A stretch of DNA of 47,297 nucleotides from Acidimicrobiia bacterium (GTDB taxonomy: Bacteria > Actinomycetota > Acidimicrobiia > Spongiisociales > Spongiisociaceae), in the NCBI GenBank assembly GCA_041576165.1, contig JBFGLM010000036.1, forward strand, positions 1-47,297. Direction: 5' to 3'. Below, in pieces: positions 1 to 9,647 of the stretch. Each line of letters begins with the position of its first letter. Position 1 is the stretch's first letter. Under the pieces are notes generated by a model that searched no databases, was not told the DNA's origin, and saw only the letters and a program-made list of their open reading frames with translations. The translations under genes were made by a program, and so were the position numbers.

Positions 1-9
1 CGGGCGCGG

Positions 10-40
10 CCCGAGCCCGCGATTCAAACACGGGCTCGGG
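10..40 (-). terminator. Stem-loop downstream of the ester cyclase gene (putative terminator)
   Basis: Perfect 10-bp inverted repeat CCCGAGCCCG (10-19) / CGGGCTCGGG (31-40), 23 nt past the stop at 64. No U-tract. Confidence 0.5.
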
Positions 41-63
41 TCATTTCGTTCAACGTCGCTACA

Positions 64-477
64 TCAGCCGGCCATCTGCGGAACCACTCCGATTTGTTGG
101 AGCATCCCGAGATTGTCGGCTTGGATCCAGCTCTCCACAACCTTGCCCTCGGAGAACTTCGACATCGTCATGCCGGAGATGACGTACGGCAGGTTGGTGG
201 CAGGAATGCCCCTGAACTCGGCGCTGTGAGTGCCGCTGAATGTCCAGCGCGTCGCGGTCATATCGCCCTCGGCCACTGTCTCATGGAGGTTCAGATGTAT
301 ATCCGGGGATATCCGGCGGATCTCCTGAACCCACTCGCGCATTCCTTCCCGACCTTCGATCGGGTTCTGGGGATCATGGCCGGAGAAGTTCTCCGCAAAG
401 AGCTCGTCGATGACGTCCAGGTTGCCCTCGTTGTATAGCTCAGTGATGAGTGTCCGCACACGTGCGACATCGATCAT
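64..477 (-). CDS. Ester cyclase / SnoaL-like (NTF2-fold) protein, 137 aa
   Basis: Signature NEGNLDVIDELFA...GREG...PDIH...VAEGD...RWTFSGTH...GIPAT...GKVVESW...LGMLQQIG. Start moved to ATG 477, which has AAGGGG upstream. Confidence 0.85.
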   Translation of the reverse strand: MIDVARVRTLITELYNEGNLDVIDELFAENFSGHDPQNPIEGREGMREWVQEIRRISPDIHLNLHETVAEGDMTATRWTFSGTHSAEFRGIPATNLPYVISGMTMSKFSEGKVVESWIQADNLGMLQQIGVVPQMAG

Positions 478-738
478 GTTGTCACCCCTTTCGAGGCAGT
501 GGATGGACTGCGCGACTTTGAGCGCCGTCACGGGTACTTCCCGACCCGTTCTGCGAACGACCGTGCGAGTCAAAGCACCTGCGGGAAGGAGCGGGATACC
601 GGACGTTTGCCATCCGCGCGATTCTGTTCGTTCCGGAAGGTTGCTGCCGTAGGGAGCTATCACCCCCTCCCGTTCCGCACCTCCGGAGAATCTACGCCTC
701 GAACCCCGGCCGCGGGGAACGAAATCTGGCCGGCGAAG

Positions 739-1758
739 TCACAACCGGGCGTGGAGCCGGAGGGCCTGTTCCCCGGCCTTGGTACGTATCTCGGCCCCGT
801 CCACCCGGGTGGGCCCGGACGCATCCAGCACCTTTTCACCGTCCACCACCACCTCGAGCGGCCGGACCCCTGCAGTGAAGGCCAGGTGCCAGGGTTCCAT
901 CGGTTCGTACGACCACGTCACCTGGTCCCGGCGGGCTTCTGGCAACAAGTCCCACCCAGTCTCCAGCCACCACCAGGCAGCCTCGGGACTGGCGGTGACG
1001 TCGACCGATCGGTGCAACACGTACGCCAGGCGGAACTCCTCCAGCACGTTGGCGCCGATCCCATCCGTACCGAGCGCCACCGGATTGGGAAAGCGGATCG
1101 GGTTGGCGTAGCCGACCGCATTGTTGAGGTTGGACCTGGGGTTGTGCACGATCGTGCCCGCCAGGCCGTGGTCGGTCGGTAGGTGCACACAGTGGGCCAG
1201 CAACCAATCGTCGCGCGTGAGGCCTTTGAGTTGGCTCGGAGCTTCGGCGTCCTCGGTACCCTCACACACGTGGATGTGCACGCCTACGCCGTACTCGACG
1301 GCGAGCGCCGCAGCTTCTTCGAGCGTGCCGCGCGAACACGTGAAGGCAGCGTGGATGCCCACCAATCCCTTGCCCCCGGCGGCCAGGAACCGGCGATTCT
1401 CTTCGAGGCCCCGGCGGGTCCCATCCGGACCGTGCCGGTCGGTAACCCCATACGCCGCCAGCACGCGCACGCCGACCTCGGCGCAAGCGTCGGCGATGAC
1501 CGACAGGCTGCCTTCGATCGCGTTGGGCGACTCGTGGTGGTCGATGATGCCGGTGGTGCCCGATTCGAGCGCCTCGAGTGCGGCCAGCTTGGCCGACCAT
1601 TCGATCATCTCCAGGTCGAGCGCCGTGTCCAGCCGCCACCAGATCTGCTCCAGGATGCCCCGGAAGCTCCGGGGCACCGCTGGGGGCGGGGGCATGCCCC
1701 GGGCCAGCGCGGAATACATGTGATGGTGGGCGCAGACCAGCCCGGGCGTCACATTCAC
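739..1758 (-). CDS. ssnA: SsnA-like metal-dependent amidohydrolase (short form, 339 aa)
   Basis: PGLVCAHHHMYSALARGM, IWWRLD, GTTGIIDHHESP, GIHAAFT, HIHVCE, AHCVH, HNPRSN, LGTDG. Lies directly downstream of xdh. Confidence 0.8.
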   Translation of the reverse strand: MNVTPGLVCAHHHMYSALARGMPPPPAVPRSFRGILEQIWWRLDTALDLEMIEWSAKLAALEALESGTTGIIDHHESPNAIEGSLSVIADACAEVGVRVLAAYGVTDRHGPDGTRRGLEENRRFLAAGGKGLVGIHAAFTCSRGTLEEAAALAVEYGVGVHIHVCEGTEDAEAPSQLKGLTRDDWLLAHCVHLPTDHGLAGTIVHNPRSNLNNAVGYANPIRFPNPVALGTDGIGANVLEEFRLAYVLHRSVDVTASPEAAWWWLETGWDLLPEARRDQVTWSYEPMEPWHLAFTAGVRPLEVVVDGEKVLDASGPTRVDGAEIRTKAGEQALRLHARL

Positions 1759-1791
1759 GCGCCGTGCCTCACCGATCCGCCAACGACCGGG

Positions 1792-4383
1792 TCACTCGTC
1801 CGCTCCGGCTTTCCCGTTCGACCGCATCGGGAGGTGCGTTCGCCACTGGCCGTCGACGGCATGGAGCGCCGCCGCGACGGCGCCGGCGGTCGGTACGAGC
1901 CCGATCTCACCGACCCCTTTGATGCCGTAGGGCGACCGGGGCTGAGGGGCCTCTACGAGCGTCACCTCGATCTCCGGAACGTCCTTGGGCCGGATGATCC
2001 CGAGGCTGCGGATCGTCATGTTGGTCGGTCGACCCGACTCATCGGTGGGGAAGTCCTCGGTCAGGGCATATCCGAGCCCCATGTGGACGGCGCCCTCGAT
2101 CTGGCCGCGGCACAGGAGCGGGTTGACCGCCTTGCCCACGTCGTGGGCGGCGATGACCTTCTCGATCTCGCCGGTCTCCGGATCGGCAATCACCATCTGC
2201 GCGGCGTAGCCGAAGGCCGAGTGGATGATCGGCGACTCGACGTCGTCTTCGATTTTGTTGGTCCAGTCGATGCGGTATTCGCCCTCGTAATCCACACCGA
2301 TGCGGCAGCCGTCGGCAACTGCGGCCTGACACGCCGCCTGTACCGCTCCGGCTCCCATCAGGGTGCCCCGGGAGCCGGTGGTTTGGCCGGCACCCAGTTC
2401 CCGGGAGGTGTCCACAACCACACGGATCTCGTCGGCGGAGACGTTGAGTTCCTGGGCCGCTACCTGCAGGGCAACGGTGTGGATTCCCTGGCCCATTTCC
2501 GTCCAGCAGTGCCGGACCTCGATGGTGCCATCCTCTTGATGTCGTACGACCGCCCGGGCGATCTCCAGAAATCCGTTGCCCAAGCCCGAGTTCTTGATCC
2601 CCAGACCGAGCCCGACCGCCTTTCCGGCCGCCACCGCTTGGTCGTATGAGTCCTTGACCGCCTCCAGGCACTGCTTGGCACCGGCGGCTCCGTCATCCAT
2701 GGTCTGGCCGGGTCCCCACATAGAGCCGGGCTCGACCGCGTTCCGGTGGCGAATCTCCCACCCGGAGATACCCACCTTTTCGGCCAGGCGATCCATGATG
2801 CCTTCCATCGCAAACTGCGCCTGGTTGGCGCCAAACCCGCGGAAGGCGCCACACACCGAGTTGTTGGTCCGGACGGCAATGGCATGAACGTCGATGTTCG
2901 GCACCGCGTAGGGACCGCTGGCGTGGCCGGCAGCCCGTTCGAGCACCTTCATCCCGACCGAGGCGTACGGTCCGGAGTCGCCCACCATTTGCACCCGCAA
3001 CGCGGTCAGCTTCCCGTCTTTGTTGCACCCGGCCCACGACTCGATGTGGATCGGATGCCGCTTGGGGTGCAGCAACATGCTCTGTTCCCGAGTCAGGGTG
3101 CACTTCACCGGCCGGCTCGTGAGCATGGCCGCCAGGGCCGTCTGTGCCTGGTTGGCCATGTCCTCCTTGCCCCCGAACGCGCCGCCATTGGACACCAGCT
3201 CCACCGTGATCTTCTCCGGCTCGACCCCCAGGACCGAGGCGATCTGGTTGCGGTCGTCCCATACGCCCTGACCACCCGAGTACACATGCATGGTGCCGTC
3301 GTCGTTCGGTATCGCCAGGGTGGACTCTGGCTCCAGGAAGGCATGCTCGACCCGCTGGGTCTTGAAGACCTCATGCACCTGATGGGCCGAGCAGGCCAGG
3401 GCCGTCACCACGTCTCCCCGGTCGTAGCGGGACACCGAGAGGGTGTTGCCGTCAAGCTCCCACACCGCGTCCTCATCAGAAGCCAGGGCTGCGAACGGAT
3501 CGGTGATCGGCTCGTGCACCTCGTACGCGACTTCGATCAGCTCGGCGGCTTCACGGGCCGTCTGCTGATCCTCCGCCACAACGATCGCGAGCACATCTCC
3601 CAAATAGGAGGTCCGGCCTCCGACCGGGATGAACACGGGCCAGTCGATGTGGATCAAGCCCACCCGTAGCTCTCCGGGCACGTCGTCGGCCGTGTAGACG
3701 GCGACGACGCCCGGAACCGCCTCAGCCGCGCTGGTGTCCATGGCCAGGACGTCGGCGCGGGCGTGGTCGGTCAGCCGCAGCGCGCCATGGAGCATGCCGG
3801 GCACTCGCAGATCGTCGATGTAGTCGCGATCGCCCAGCGCCAGCTCTTCGGCTTCATACTTGATGCCGGACGCGCCGACGCCGCCTTCCAGCCTCGGTTC
3901 CGGGATCGGGTCACCGGACGCAAGCAGTTCGATTGCCTCCACGATCGACACGTACCCGGTGCACCGGCACAGATGTGCGCCGAGACGGCCTTTGATCGTG
4001 CTCTGATCGAGAGTGCTGCCCTTCAAATCGATCAAGGCCTTGGCTCGCATGAGGATGCCGGGCGTGCAGAAACCGCACTGCAGTGCGCCCTTGGCCGCGA
4101 AGGCTTTCGCAAATCGGGCGCGCTCATCCTCGCTGAGGCCCTCGAGAGTGATGACGTCTTTCCCGTCGGCCTTCTCCATGCTCACCAGGCAGGCTTGGAT
4201 CGCTTTGCCATCGAGCAGGACCGTGCAGCATCCGCATTGGCCTTGGGGGGAACATCCGTCTTTGGGCGACGTGACATTCAACTCTTCGCGCAACGCCGCC
4301 AGGAGATGCGGGTGGCGGCTGGACACCACCGCCGGCTCGCCGTTGACGACGAGGTCAACCGTCTGGCTTTGCACCACGGTCAT
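1792..4383 (-). CDS. xdh: Xanthine dehydrogenase-family molybdoenzyme with fused 2Fe-2S domain (architecture of the selenium-dependent Xdh type), 863 aa
   Basis: GCSPQGQCGCC, QCGFCTPG and LCRCTGY Fe-S motifs. Moco motifs GGAFGGKE, LERA, AFRGFG, EMGQG, SRGT and KGVGEIG. ATG 4383 overlaps the upstream stop (ATGA). Confidence 0.9.
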   Translation of the reverse strand: MTVVQSQTVDLVVNGEPAVVSSRHPHLLAALREELNVTSPKDGCSPQGQCGCCTVLLDGKAIQACLVSMEKADGKDVITLEGLSEDERARFAKAFAAKGALQCGFCTPGILMRAKALIDLKGSTLDQSTIKGRLGAHLCRCTGYVSIVEAIELLASGDPIPEPRLEGGVGASGIKYEAEELALGDRDYIDDLRVPGMLHGALRLTDHARADVLAMDTSAAEAVPGVVAVYTADDVPGELRVGLIHIDWPVFIPVGGRTSYLGDVLAIVVAEDQQTAREAAELIEVAYEVHEPITDPFAALASDEDAVWELDGNTLSVSRYDRGDVVTALACSAHQVHEVFKTQRVEHAFLEPESTLAIPNDDGTMHVYSGGQGVWDDRNQIASVLGVEPEKITVELVSNGGAFGGKEDMANQAQTALAAMLTSRPVKCTLTREQSMLLHPKRHPIHIESWAGCNKDGKLTALRVQMVGDSGPYASVGMKVLERAAGHASGPYAVPNIDVHAIAVRTNNSVCGAFRGFGANQAQFAMEGIMDRLAEKVGISGWEIRHRNAVEPGSMWGPGQTMDDGAAGAKQCLEAVKDSYDQAVAAGKAVGLGLGIKNSGLGNGFLEIARAVVRHQEDGTIEVRHCWTEMGQGIHTVALQVAAQELNVSADEIRVVVDTSRELGAGQTTGSRGTLMGAGAVQAACQAAVADGCRIGVDYEGEYRIDWTNKIEDDVESPIIHSAFGYAAQMVIADPETGEIEKVIAAHDVGKAVNPLLCRGQIEGAVHMGLGYALTEDFPTDESGRPTNMTIRSLGIIRPKDVPEIEVTLVEAPQPRSPYGIKGVGEIGLVPTAGAVAAALHAVDGQWRTHLPMRSNGKAGADE

Positions 4384-5312
4384 GGCGTCTCCTCGGGTGG
4401 CGGGACGACACCGCGTTGGTCGGTGATCCGCCGGTAGGCGGCCGGGACGCGGTAGAGATCGAAATCGAACAGAGTCTGCTTGTAGCTTGCGCAGAAGTCG
4501 AGGTCCAGGTCCGCGACGATCACTTCGTCGCCGGTGGTGATGGCCTGGGCGATGATCTGGCCGGAGGGGGCAACTATGAGGGAATGCGCCAGCGATTCGA
4601 CGCCTTCTTCGAATCCGCCCTTGGCGATACCCATGACGTAGGTGCCGTTCTGGTAGGCGCCCGCCTGCATCACCAGCGAGTTGTGGAACGAGGCGAGCGG
4701 ATTCTGGGTGGGATCTGGGGCGTAGCTGAGCGGCGTGTTGTACCCGATGATTATGAGTTCGACGCCCTGCAGGCCCATCACCCGGTACGTTTCCGACCAC
4801 CGGCGGTCGTTACAGATCGCCGCACCGATGATGCCTCCGAACGCCTGCCAGACCGGGAAATCATCACCGGGCTCAAAGTAGTGCCGCTCCGCATGCTGGA
4901 ATTCACGCCACGCCTCGTACTCACCGTGACCTGGAATGTGCACCTTCTTGAAGACGCCGATGGTCGATCCATCCTTGTCGACGAGGTGGTAGACGTTGAA
5001 ATGCCGGTCATCACTCGTGCGGAGGGCGTAGCCGAGACCAAACCCAACGTTCAGCCGCAGCGCCTCATCGAAAAGCGGCTTGGTCTCCGGACCGGGCATC
5101 TCGGTCTCGTAGTAGTACGCCGCCTCTTCGAGCGGAACATGCCACCGGGGGAAGAAGGTGGTGAGCGCCAGCTCTGGGAAGGCTACGAATTCGACGCCGC
5201 GGCCCGCGGCGTCGCGCAGCATCTCGATGAGCCGTTCCACCACTACCGCTCGGGTGTCGGCGCGCTGCACAGGACCCATCTGTGCTGCTGCCACCGTCAA
5301 TTTCCGTGTCAA
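4380..5312 (-). CDS. N-carbamoyl-D-amino acid hydrolase (nitrilase superfamily)
   Basis: AAAQMGP, FPELALTTFFPRW, KKVHIPGH, ICNDRRW and GYNTP match D-carbamoylase, with the Glu-Lys-Cys triad intact. TTG start. Confidence 0.88.
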   Translation of the reverse strand: MTRKLTVAAAQMGPVQRADTRAVVVERLIEMLRDAAGRGVEFVAFPELALTTFFPRWHVPLEEAAYYYETEMPGPETKPLFDEALRLNVGFGLGYALRTSDDRHFNVYHLVDKDGSTIGVFKKVHIPGHGEYEAWREFQHAERHYFEPGDDFPVWQAFGGIIGAAICNDRRWSETYRVMGLQGVELIIIGYNTPLSYAPDPTQNPLASFHNSLVMQAGAYQNGTYVMGIAKGGFEEGVESLAHSLIVAPSGQIIAQAITTGDEVIVADLDLDFCASYKQTLFDFDLYRVPAAYRRITDQRGVVPPPEETP

Positions 5313-5456
5313 ATCGCTTCTCCGCGGGCCGTGCAGGCTCCCGAGACTACGCCGATCGCCAGTTCTATTCGCCGGCCGGCCGCCCTACGTCTGTCGCAAA
5401 ACTGCGCCGCGCTCGAGCGTCCAGGGCAGGCCAAAGCCCGGCCGGGCGCCGGAGCT

Positions 5457-5490
5457 TTTACATTTTGCAAAGGCTTTGACATTCTGTCAA
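5457..5490. promoter_or_regulatory. Two tandem palindromic operator sites overlapping a minus-strand sigmaA-type promoter
   Basis: TTTACA-TTT-TGCAAA (5457-5471) and the perfect palindrome TTGACA-TTC-TGTCAA (5476-5490). The minus strand reads TTGACA-17 nt-CAAAAT. Lies in the divergent intergenic region. Confidence 0.7.
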
Positions 5491-5537
5491 GGTCCGCCGG
5501 GCCGGGTGTAACCTTCGGCCGAGGCAAAGGAGACGGT

Positions 5538-6377
5538 ATGCAGGGAATCGTCCGCGCCGCCCTGGTCCAGGCAGAGTGGACTGGCGACCAGGAATCCATG
5601 ATCCTCAAGAACCAGGGTTATGCCCGGGAGGCGGCCAACGACGGGGCCCAGGTGCTGTGCTTTCAAGAGATCTTCTCGGCGCCCTATTTCTGTACCACTC
5701 AGGACCGCCGCCACTTCTCCTACGCAGAAGAGATGCCGGGCCCGACCACCGCACGGATGCAGCGTCTGGCTCGAGAGACCGGCATGGTGCTGGTCGTGCC
5801 CATGTTCGAGAAAGTCGACGAGGGCACCTACTACAACAGCGCGGCGGTGATTGACGCCAATGGCGAATACCTGGGCATATACCGCAAGAACCACATTCCC
5901 CAGGTGCAGGGGTTTTGGGAGAAGTTCTACTTCCGGCCGGGCAACCTGGGATATCCGGTGTTCGACACCGCGGTCGGCAGGGTCGGCGTGTACATCTGTT
6001 ATGACCGCCATTTCCCGGAGGGATGGCGCGAGCTTGCTCTGAACGGCGCCAAGATCGTTTTCAACCCATCGGCCACCACCCGCGGTCACTCCATGTATCT
6101 GTGGCAAGTGGAGCAGCCGGCGGCCGCCGTGGCCAACGAGTACTTCATCGGCGCCAGCAACCGGGTCGGGCCTGAGCCGGCCGAGAACACCGACTACTAC
6201 GGGTCGTCCTACTTCGTCGACCCGCGGGCACAAATCATCGGTGAAACAGCGTCGGACACCGACGACGAGGTGGTCATTCGCGATCTCGACATGTCGATGA
6301 TCGAGGAGATCCGCAACTACTGGCAGTTCTTCCGGGATCGCCGGCCCGACTCGTACACGGCAATCTCGGCGCTATGA
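5538..6377 (+). CDS. Beta-ureidopropionase-like carbon-nitrogen hydrolase, 279 aa
   Basis: CFQEIF, YYNSAAVID, YRKNHIPQ, FWEKFYFRPGN, ICYDRHFPE, FNPSAT, NRVG. RBS AAGGAG before ATG 5538. Confidence 0.88.
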   Translation: MQGIVRAALVQAEWTGDQESMILKNQGYAREAANDGAQVLCFQEIFSAPYFCTTQDRRHFSYAEEMPGPTTARMQRLARETGMVLVVPMFEKVDEGTYYNSAAVIDANGEYLGIYRKNHIPQVQGFWEKFYFRPGNLGYPVFDTAVGRVGVYICYDRHFPEGWRELALNGAKIVFNPSATTRGHSMYLWQVEQPAAAVANEYFIGASNRVGPEPAENTDYYGSSYFVDPRAQIIGETASDTDDEVVIRDLDMSMIEEIRNYWQFFRDRRPDSYTAISAL

Positions 6378-6622
6378 CGATTCAACTGTCGGCGGAGTTC
6401 CTGGTTGAGCCGTTCGCAGAAGGCACTCCGGGTGAACATGTCCTGGCGGCCGTGGCGGCGGTCGAGTCGCACGGCCTGGAGGTGGAATTCGGCCCCTTCG
6501 GCACCACGACCGCCGGCGACGACCGGACTGTCCTCGCTGCGCTGCACGAGGCGTTCGGCGCCGCCCTCGCCCGTGGCGCCAGCCGGGTGAATCTGACGCT
6601 CGTGCGACTGGACGACCAATGA
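6374..6622 (+). CDS. Small thiamine-binding-protein-like (YkoF/MTH1187 fold) protein
   Basis: AEFLVEPF...GLEVEFGPFGTT.AGD...GASRVNL pattern. ATGA overlaps on both sides. Confidence 0.7.
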   Translation: MTIQLSAEFLVEPFAEGTPGEHVLAAVAAVESHGLEVEFGPFGTTTAGDDRTVLAALHEAFGAALARGASRVNLTLVRLDDQ

Positions 6623-6978
6623 TCGACGAACGACTGACCGCAGCACTGGAGCCTCTGCTGAACGCGCTGGGAGCGGCAGCAATCGCGCCCGAGGACGCCG
6701 AAGAAGCCGACGTCATGCTGGAGTGGGAGGGGCGCCCGGCCGTGGCCGTCCGGCTGGACTTCGCCGCCACGACCGCCGCGCAGGTCCGTTCGGTCGAACG
6801 CGAGCTGGGTGCACCGCTCTCGGAGCTGGATCGGACCGGCAAACAAGCGGCGGTCCGGATCTTGGAAGAGCGCGGCGCTTTCTTACTGCGAAGGGCAATC
6901 GAAGACATCGCCGACGCTATGGGCGTTACCCGGATAACGATCTACAACTACCTCAACGCCATCCGGGAGCCGGTTTGA
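6619..6978 (+). CDS. YheO/DauR-like C-terminal HTH domain protein (putative transcriptional regulator)
   Basis: KQAAVRILEERGAFLLRRAIEDIADAMGVTRITIYNYLN is the HTH_22-type motif. No full PAS domain. Confidence 0.8.
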   Translation: MIDERLTAALEPLLNALGAAAIAPEDAEEADVMLEWEGRPAVAVRLDFAATTAAQVRSVERELGAPLSELDRTGKQAAVRILEERGAFLLRRAIEDIADAMGVTRITIYNYLNAIREPV

Positions 6979-6993
6979 TCGCGTCCGGGCCCT

Positions 6994-8139
6994 TTACCGC
7001 TCAACGCCCGTGAACAACGCCACCGTGGGCAGGTTGGTGGGGATGGACCCTTCGCGCACATTGTGCAGAATCCCAGCGAATCCGGCCGTGCCGGTGGGAT
7101 CAGCCTCGATTGAGGTGTGTGCCCGGGCCAGGCGGTGCGCCTCCACAACAGTCTCTTCGGCCACCGTCGTGGGCCAGCCGCCGGTGATGAGCGTTGCCTC
7201 GAGGATGGTCGGCCAGTCGTACGTAACATCATCGAGGATTCCCGACGCGGCCGAGGTCCCCACCGGCTCCCACGGCCACATGAAGCGATCCGGTTCGTCA
7301 TGAATCAGCACAAGCTGTGTGTGGGTGTCACTGCTCTCCTCATTCAGCAAGTCCCAGGCGCGAGTGAGCGGAGCACACGCTTCTGTCTGCACCGGATGTA
7401 GCACAAGGTCGAGACCCGATGCAGCCTCGAGACCGAGCCACAGCGACGTGGCGAGCGCGCCTCCCCCCACCTGGACGAACACCCGGACCGGCCCTTCTAT
7501 GCCTGCCGCGATCAACTGGTCGGCCAGTTCCCAGCCGATCGTCCGCCCCCCGTCCAGGGTGATGGGCGTCACCGTGCCCTGGCACGAGAAGGGCACCGCT
7601 CCCCCGGCCACCGCCTCGACGAAGCGCAGATAGGTCGGATCGCCGGCTTCGCCCGGTCGTCGCTCGCAGACGCTGATTCGTGCTCCCAGCTCCTCGAGCC
7701 GAGCAACCACCAGCGGGTCTGCCCAGGTGGGTATGAAGACGCGCAGAGGCCGGTCGGCCGCTCGCGCCACCACCGCAGCCGCCAGCGCCGCATTGCCACA
7801 CGAGGCGATTGCCAGCTCGCCAACGGTTTCGGTGGTGACCGCGTGATGCAGCAGGACGCCGAAGAGATGCCGTGCCTTGTGCGATCCACCGACGTTGCGC
7901 GTCTCGTCCTTGATCCACAGCGCCCCCGCCTGCAGTCCTGCCGCTTCAGCTAGTGCCCCCTCGTTGGTGGTGGGCGTGACCGCAAAGCCGGTCCCTTCCA
8001 CGTCCTGAACTGCCAGGTCGAGTCGTTCGACGAGTGCCACGAAGCGCCGGTCTGTCCAACCGCGCTCCTGCGCGAGCCGGTACGAGTCCAGCCGAACGCG
8101 GTAGCGGATGAACGGATTGGCCGGCGCCGTGGGCATCAT
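6994..8139 (-). CDS. PLP-dependent fold-type II enzyme (threonine synthase / beta-eliminase-like), 381 aa
   Basis: [16 protein letters not shown] (PLP Lys), [30 protein letters not shown] 8139 overlaps the upstream stop. Confidence 0.82.
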   Translation of the reverse strand: MMPTAPANPFIRYRVRLDSYRLAQERGWTDRRFVALVERLDLAVQDVEGTGFAVTPTTNEGALAEAAGLQAGALWIKDETRNVGGSHKARHLFGVLLHHAVTTETVGELAIASCGNAALAAAVVARAADRPLRVFIPTWADPLVVARLEELGARISVCERRPGEAGDPTYLRFVEAVAGGAVPFSCQGTVTPITLDGGRTIGWELADQLIAAGIEGPVRVFVQVGGGALATSLWLGLEAASGLDLVLHPVQTEACAPLTRAWDLLNEESSDTHTQLVLIHDEPDRFMWPWEPVGTSAASGILDDVTYDWPTILEATLITGGWPTTVAEETVVEAHRLARAHTSIEADPTGTAGFAGILHNVREGSIPTNLPTVALFTGVER

Positions 8140-9623
8140 TCGATGGTTACACCGGTCCGGGCGTTCAACTCGCCGATCATCTCGTCCCAGCGGGCGGGAT
8201 AACCGCGTAGACCATCCCACCAGTCTTGCGACCGCCTCGCCTCGAACCGGTCGAAGTCCACTCCCTGCTGCTCGACCCACGTGTAGTACCCGAGGTTGAA
8301 GATCCGCCGCCGCCCTGCTTCGTCCAGCTCCATGACGTGCTCGGTGTCGACCGCCTGGAGGAACCTGGCATGGGTGGCAATCGCTTCAGAGTGCCCGAAT
8401 TCGCCGCCGTGATCCCGGGCGGTGATTTTGTCGAGTTCCGATCGGTAGAGCTCCATGCCGTCGGTCGCGACGGTGACGATTACATCTCCCGTCCCGTATC
8501 CGTGGTACTTGGCCAGCTTGACTGCGGCCAGCATGTTGGCGATCGACGACAGGCCCAGATGGCGCAAGCTGTCGACGAGACGGGGTTCAATCCCTTGAGT
8601 CTGCAACAGCTTCTTTCCGGACTCGGTGTTGAACAGCACCAACAAGCTGTCGGTGGCTCGATCCGAAACCGCGATCACATCGTCGGAGTTCGTCACGTTG
8701 TGGATCAACGGGATGTGTTTGTCGCCGATGCCCTGAATGTTGTGCTCGCCGTAACCGTTGTAGAGCATGGTCGGGCATTCCAGCGCTTCGACCGGCACGA
8801 TACGCGAGCCAAACCGGGCCTTCAGGTAGTCGCCGGCCCCCAATGTCCCGGCTGAACCCGATGCGGAGATGAAGGCCACCAACCGTCCTGCATCCGCGTG
8901 TTCCACGACCTTCTCCAGCGCAGGACCGGTGACCGCGCGGTGGCCGAGGTGGTTGGAGAACTCGGAAAACTGGTTGAGGATGATGTTGTTGGGGTCCTTG
9001 GCCAGCTCATTGCATTGGTCGTAGATCTCTTTGACGTTCGACTCGGTCCCGTACGTCCTAATGATGTCGTCCGGCGACGAGGTCCAGGCGTCGAGCCACT
9101 CGAAGCGCTCGCGGCTCATCCCCTCCGGGAGAACAGCCACACCACGCGCACCCATGATGCGCGAGATCGCCACCCCGCCCCGCGCGTAGTTCCCGGTGCT
9201 GGGCCAGATCGCTCGGTCCCGAGTCGGATCAAAGCGCCCAGCCACGATGCGCGGAGCCAGACAGGCGTACGCAGCCAGCACCTTGTGGGCGCGAATCATC
9301 GGGAACCGGTTGCCGAGCGCGATGAGGATGGTGGCGTCCACCCCGGTCAGCTCGCCGGGCAACGAGAGGTATTCGGGAACGCCGACCATCGACGTACGGT
9401 CGGAACCGTTGTGCCAGTGGACCCGCCACAAGTTGAGAGGATCCGGGTCATCAGGAGCCACCCGCGCCAGTGCTCGAATCACCGGCGGCGGGATGGTCGA
9501 TGGCTCGGCCAACTGCGCGAACGTCGGAAGCAGTATCCCGCGCTCGGAGAACCGTGCGACGGTGGCGGCCAGCGCGCTCTCATCCTCGATGGAATCGTAG
9601 AGTCCGAGTTCCTGATCGCTCAC
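8136..9623 (-). CDS. PLP-dependent fold-type II enzyme (cysteine synthase-like, long form), 495 aa
   Basis: AHKVLAAY (PLP Lys), [52 protein letters not shown] before the GTG start. Confidence 0.85.
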   Translation of the reverse strand: MSDQELGLYDSIEDESALAATVARFSERGILLPTFAQLAEPSTIPPPVIRALARVAPDDPDPLNLWRVHWHNGSDRTSMVGVPEYLSLPGELTGVDATILIALGNRFPMIRAHKVLAAYACLAPRIVAGRFDPTRDRAIWPSTGNYARGGVAISRIMGARGVAVLPEGMSRERFEWLDAWTSSPDDIIRTYGTESNVKEIYDQCNELAKDPNNIILNQFSEFSNHLGHRAVTGPALEKVVEHADAGRLVAFISASGSAGTLGAGDYLKARFGSRIVPVEALECPTMLYNGYGEHNIQGIGDKHIPLIHNVTNSDDVIAVSDRATDSLLVLFNTESGKKLLQTQGIEPRLVDSLRHLGLSSIANMLAAVKLAKYHGYGTGDVIVTVATDGMELYRSELDKITARDHGGEFGHSEAIATHARFLQAVDTEHVMELDEAGRRRIFNLGYYTWVEQQGVDFDRFEARRSQDWWDGLRGYPARWDEMIGELNARTGVTIE

Positions 9624-9647
9624 GCAGGCCCTCCCTATCCGCCGCTT

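Noticed and set aside
1792-1794. xdh UGA as a selenocysteine codon
   Set aside because: The domain is already complete, there is no Cys-like context, and the hairpin is too close to the UGA for SECIS geometry. Selenium-dependent Mo hydroxylases use a labile Se cofactor, not Sec.
1183-2649. Long + strand ORF (488 aa), and similar ones at 11602-13014, 24498-25625, 30654-31682 and 42858-44591
   Set aside because: Antisense shadows of well-supported genes, expected in high-GC DNA, with no recognisable motifs.
5307-5312. TGTCAA half-site at the D-carbamoylase start
   Set aside because: Only a half-site, explained by the TTG-ACA start codons.
4384-5537. N-terminal extensions in the ORF track (xdh from 4800, ureidopropionase from 4416; also livG from 29266 and the FAD enzyme from 21636)
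   Set aside because: They overlap real neighbouring genes. Better starts with an RBS, ATGA coupling or a -10 box lie downstream.
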